A stretch of DNA of 50,176 nucleotides from Chthoniobacteraceae bacterium (GTDB lineage: Bacteria > Verrucomicrobiota > Verrucomicrobiia > Chthoniobacterales > Chthoniobacteraceae): the NCBI GenBank assembly GCA_031409335.1, contig JANNWY010000031.1:1-50176 (forward strand), read 5' to 3'. Numbering within the stretch: position 1 is the stretch's first letter; each line of letters begins with the position of its first letter. Below, piece after piece: positions 48,701 to 50,176 of this stretch. A program made the position numbers and the translations under genes. The notes below the pieces were generated by a model, which saw only the letters and a program-made list of their open reading frames with translations, was not told the origin of the DNA and searched no databases.

Positions 48701-49894
48701 AGTGGAGCGGCTGCCGTTGCCGCGATTCCGCACGCCCGCGAGATACACGATCGCGTCGCCCGTGCCATCGTGCGTCACCCACGTCGCGTTGAAACGCGCG
48801 TGGCTGTAAGTCTGATCGTTCGTCTCGCCCGCGTTGTAGGGAAACGGCGGCGCGCCCGTGCCGGAGTTGATGTTGCTCAGCTCCGTGCGATCCACCGCGC
48901 GCAACACCATGCGGTAAATCGGCTCCGCGCCCGCGTAAATCGTGTCGTCCACTTGGTAGAGACAGTTCTGCGTCTGCACGAGCGCCGCCGTGTAATCGCG
49001 TGCCGGAGCCGGCCACGTCCGCGTCAGCCCGCCATCACTCGCGGTGAAATAAAACTCCACGACGATGCCATTCGCCCTCGGCAAAATCGCCGCGCCAAAA
49101 ACGCCGTCGCCCGCCGCCGCATCGCCGTGCGCGCCGTCGTCGAACATCGCCGCCGTGGTGAACGACGCCGCGCCGTCATTGCGATAGTGAAGCTGCACCG
49201 TCAGCGCCGCCGCGTGATCGTCGCGCACGCGGCAAGTTACCGCCACGCTCTCCGTGGATTTCGGCACGAGCGGAAAGTGATCGGCCTTGTCGATGACCGG
49301 CGCGATGTCCGCCGCCGCCGTGGAATTCGCCACGCCCGGCGTGCCCTGCGCCGTCGCGCTCGCAGCCCAGTTCTGCCCCTCGCTGTTGTCGAAAAGCACG
49401 TTGATGAGTTCGAGCGATTTTCCAAATCCATCCGCGTCGCTGTGCCAGCCCCAGCCGCGATGCCCAAAGCTCGGCGGCTCATCCCGCCGCCGCTGCGCCC
49501 AATCGCCATCGTCGCTGTAGTCCACGCTGTCCATCGTCACAAGCAGAGCGTCTTTCAGCACCACGTTGTTCGACGAATTCGAGAGCTGCCCCGTCCAGCC
49601 CGCGACGAAATTCGTCACCGCCGGATACTTCGCCGAAAACGCCGCCGCATTCGCCGCCACGACAAGATACCCACCCGCAGGGACCGAAACATTTGGAAAC
49701 GTGAACGTCACCCCGCTCGTGAATTGCCAGCCCGTCAGCGCGACCGGCGCGGCTCCGCTGTTGAAAAGCTCGACATATTCCTCCGCCGGATTTTCCGACG
49801 ACGGATGATACATCAATTCATTGATAACGACCTCCGCGCGCGCGGTGACGGCCAAGGCGGCGAGGAAAGGGATGAGTGGATGGCGGAGTTTCAT
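42782..49894 (-). CDS. Secreted lamin-tail-domain / CotH kinase / beta-helix surface protein (2370 aa)
   Basis: Signal peptide; VVINELMY..EYVELFN plus at least four more lamin-tail motifs; CotH motifs VRNRGNGSR and YDLDSIFG; beta-helix (DDDILDIDG); C-terminal DGDGIPDAWE..GLNP..DGDG.NN.AEYLAGTNP module. Confidence 0.87.
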   Translation of the reverse strand: MKLRHPLIPFLAALAVTARAEVVINELMYHPSSENPAEEYVELFNSGAAPVALTGWQFTSGVTFTFPNVSVPAGGYLVVAANAAAFSAKYPAVTNFVAGWTGQLSNSSNNVVLKDALLVTMDSVDYSDDGDWAQRRRDEPPSFGHRGWGWHSDADGFGKSLELINVLFDNSEGQNWAASATAQGTPGVANSTAAADIAPVIDKADHFPLVPKSTESVAVTCRVRDDHAAALTVQLHYRNDGAASFTTAAMFDDGAHGDAAAGDGVFGAAILPRANGIVVEFYFTASDGGLTRTWPAPARDYTAALVQTQNCLYQVDDTIYAGAEPIYRMVLRAVDRTELSNINSGTGAPPFPYNAGETNDQTYSHARFNATWVTHDGTGDAIVYLAGVRNRGNGSRSTSPQSYNAAFRNSDAWKGVTALNLNTQNTPYQLLGSAIFRKAGLTVAESRAVQVRVNGSNLAGSGAPSYGFYCANEVQDTDFAGDHFPLDSSGNIYRGFREDSVGGANLRDQSAGQPAATADPTPYRVNYFKQTNQSEDKWADLIGLTKTLAKGTSIPANYAATYTGDYVTAVQAAGDTAQWLRFMAASSIADNTETNISNGDGDDYYLYFGVTDPRAVFIAYDLDSIFGRSSSSDATHNLFRAARGDTGGNPPTPLHPFLIHPQFAREYLAEVKRQVDGPFSAAQFAELAQETLGGVVSTAVIDAMKTFHNTRLAYLASVMPLSLSSIGATTTGGAALTITSGYPRSTAATCNVSGKADCTRTASVKVNGVAAIYTPWKVTTVSTFATSIGDWQANNVALTPGLNRLFVQAFDATGAEIEQTYFDVWYDDANVASVSGAIAANTTWTAAGGPYQVTAALTVNSGVTLAIAPGTTVYLGTGIGITVAAGGKILAEGTLAQPIRFSRVPGGSGVGGTITINGQAGAPETHFYYTAFEFGGNPAVTCAANSNVVLDHCEWLMNNTAYLHLDGGSFLVSNCIFPAAAAGSNFEGIHGANAAPPAGGRAIVRDSFLGKMNSVSGDYNDVFDFTGGNRAGAIVQFINNVCTGSDDDILDIDGTDLWAEGNIFMNVHRSNSPDSASAVSGGNDGGGGTGSRRAATAIDTATEQVTCGTHGFTTAQEVTATALLGNTFPAATPAIRNGSYFVRVISTTAVKLYPTAADANADTNAINFTSTIGTGVSLSLCKQDGISHITMVGNLFYNIDQAATAKEGNFYTFLNNTVVSQTNAGSEDAVTGVLNFGDDTYHEAAGMYAEGNIIHSAAALVRNYPGAGLAQNVTFNNNLFPAGMTWSGAGSGNSNVDPLLNGPTNIPTPGPRDYVRLGAQIRQQFGLQTGSPAKGTGPNGSDKGGVRTLGVTLSGAPGGTTNLTTASITVGTRMTGNGISTAAGAWPGGGSGWTHYKYRLDGGAPSAEIANGAPIALSGLANGSHTLQVVGKNDAGFYQDDAAYGTSARAASVTWIVNTAYVPPAAAPLVQISEVLAKNSETLGFGGNFPDMIELRNAGNASADLSGWGLTENAALPFKYTIANGTTLAAGARLVIYASNSASVPAPKTGFGLKDTGDTLTLTKSAAAGGGIADSVAFGAQLADVSVGRRASDGAWDMCRPTFGAVNIVAAQATPVSVKINEWLADAVALFPNDFIELMNTATLPVNVGGCHVSDNPVEWPQHAQLRQLTFIAPGGFLYLKADDDAAQGPDHLNFKLASEQGEIGFFDSALQLIDGIVYGPQTSDISQGRTPNGASTVAFFNQPTPGGPNPGVSGIVTTTTNLIPATQAWRYRSNGINHSADFFQVAFNDSAWTSAPQLLYIETNALTNTEGFVKNTALPVDTGNANLPFNATYFRTHFNYSGPLTGVTLRAKVMIDDGAVFYLNGQEIIPTNSGARLRMPAGTVTFSTIATGNVDNASVETLTFDGANLVSGDNVLCVAVHQEHGAGAQTSSDVTFGMKLDAETMNSAGAGVLVVNEVLPVNATLQNPDGSFAGWVELFNPSAVAIDVSDMSFSDDTSVPRKFVFGAGASVPAGGNLVTFFNPLAAPSATNTGFALPALGGGVFLFEKMAAGGGLHDGVSYGLQIADFAIGRTPNGSGAFALTVPTRGALNTAAGLGAITGVKLNEWLANPTVAPGFFEIFNTGAQPVALGGNYLTDLLTDRTKHRIAPLSFIGGSGGARWRHFIADNDAGATPGHVNFSLNPLGESLGLFSGAGVQLDAVSFGAQTSGIAQGRFPDGTSAIVSLTPTPGAANAQAAADTDGDGDGIPDAWEIANGLNPNDPLDAALDADGDGQNNKAEYLAGTNPQSGASRLAASLVSTVTPGQFAVRFTAVAGKTYTVRYKNDLAAATWTKLIDVPAQGADTVLDAADPGSIGQPRRFYQVVTPQQP

Positions 49895-50058
49895 GGTGAG
49901 GAATCGCTCCGCAGAACAATGCGCGCCCTGCTAACGGCTCCGTCTGCGCTTTGCTTACGATTCAGTTATCCTGCCCGTCATCACAAAGTGTGATTCCTGC
50001 GCCATCCATTTTTGGAGTTTGCTGCCTCGCAGCAATCACTGCCGCACTGGGTGCCGTA

Positions 50059-50165
50059 GTAGCGCAGCCGCCCCGGCTGGCGAAAGTCCCGCGGGCGCCC
50101 CCCCCCCCGAAACGGCGGCGGGGGGGGCGCCCCCCGGACATTTGGCGGCCGGGCGCCGGCCCCAC
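50059..50165. repeat. Degenerate GTAG-type REP/REPIN with an inner poly-C/poly-G hairpin
   Basis: GTAGcg-cagcc-gcccc-ggctg left arm; degenerate right arm cggccgggcgccggccccac; inner gggcgccccc.../...gggggcgccc. Confidence 0.45.
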
Positions 50166-50176
50166 ATGCCCGCGCG

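Noticed and set aside
50090..50135. Poly-C/poly-G hairpin as a G-quadruplex or phase-variation tract
   Set aside because: It lies at the extreme end of the sequence, where low-quality base calls are likely; cannot be judged without reads.

Overview
High-GC bacterial chromosomal segment, most likely Verrucomicrobiota (Chthoniobacter-like). This is inferred from a perfect TGTTC-N4-GAACA LexA box, a PEP-CTERM protein, giant secreted proteins sharing a DGDG..W/E..GT.P C-terminal module, and starts without Shine-Dalgarno sites. Left to right: (1) a C30-carotenoid-type cluster (crtNb/crtP-like desaturase cut by the window edge, aldehyde dehydrogenase, crtN-like desaturase, DUF2892); (2) a putative low-oxygen/fermentation block (CHAD, BCAM0308-family, hypothetical, DHODH-like flavoprotein, formate/nitrite channel, ADP-forming acetate-CoA ligase, secreted CxxCH protein under an FNR-like box); (3) lexA-dinB with its SOS box; (4) a nucleotidyltransferase, a MITE-like repeat, a lamin-tail/CotH-kinase surface protein, a disordered secreted protein, a methyltransferase and clpB; (5) rhodanese + DUF1573 divergent from a ~3135-aa Cys-rich multidomain surface protein and a PEP-CTERM gene; (6) a TraB/TIKI-like protein and an RND efflux operon whose transporter carries an in-frame palindromic REP-type insertion; (7) a second, 2370-aa lamin-tail/CotH protein. 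No rRNA, tRNA, CRISPR array or transposase was seen. All family assignments come from motif recognition by eye, not from database searches.
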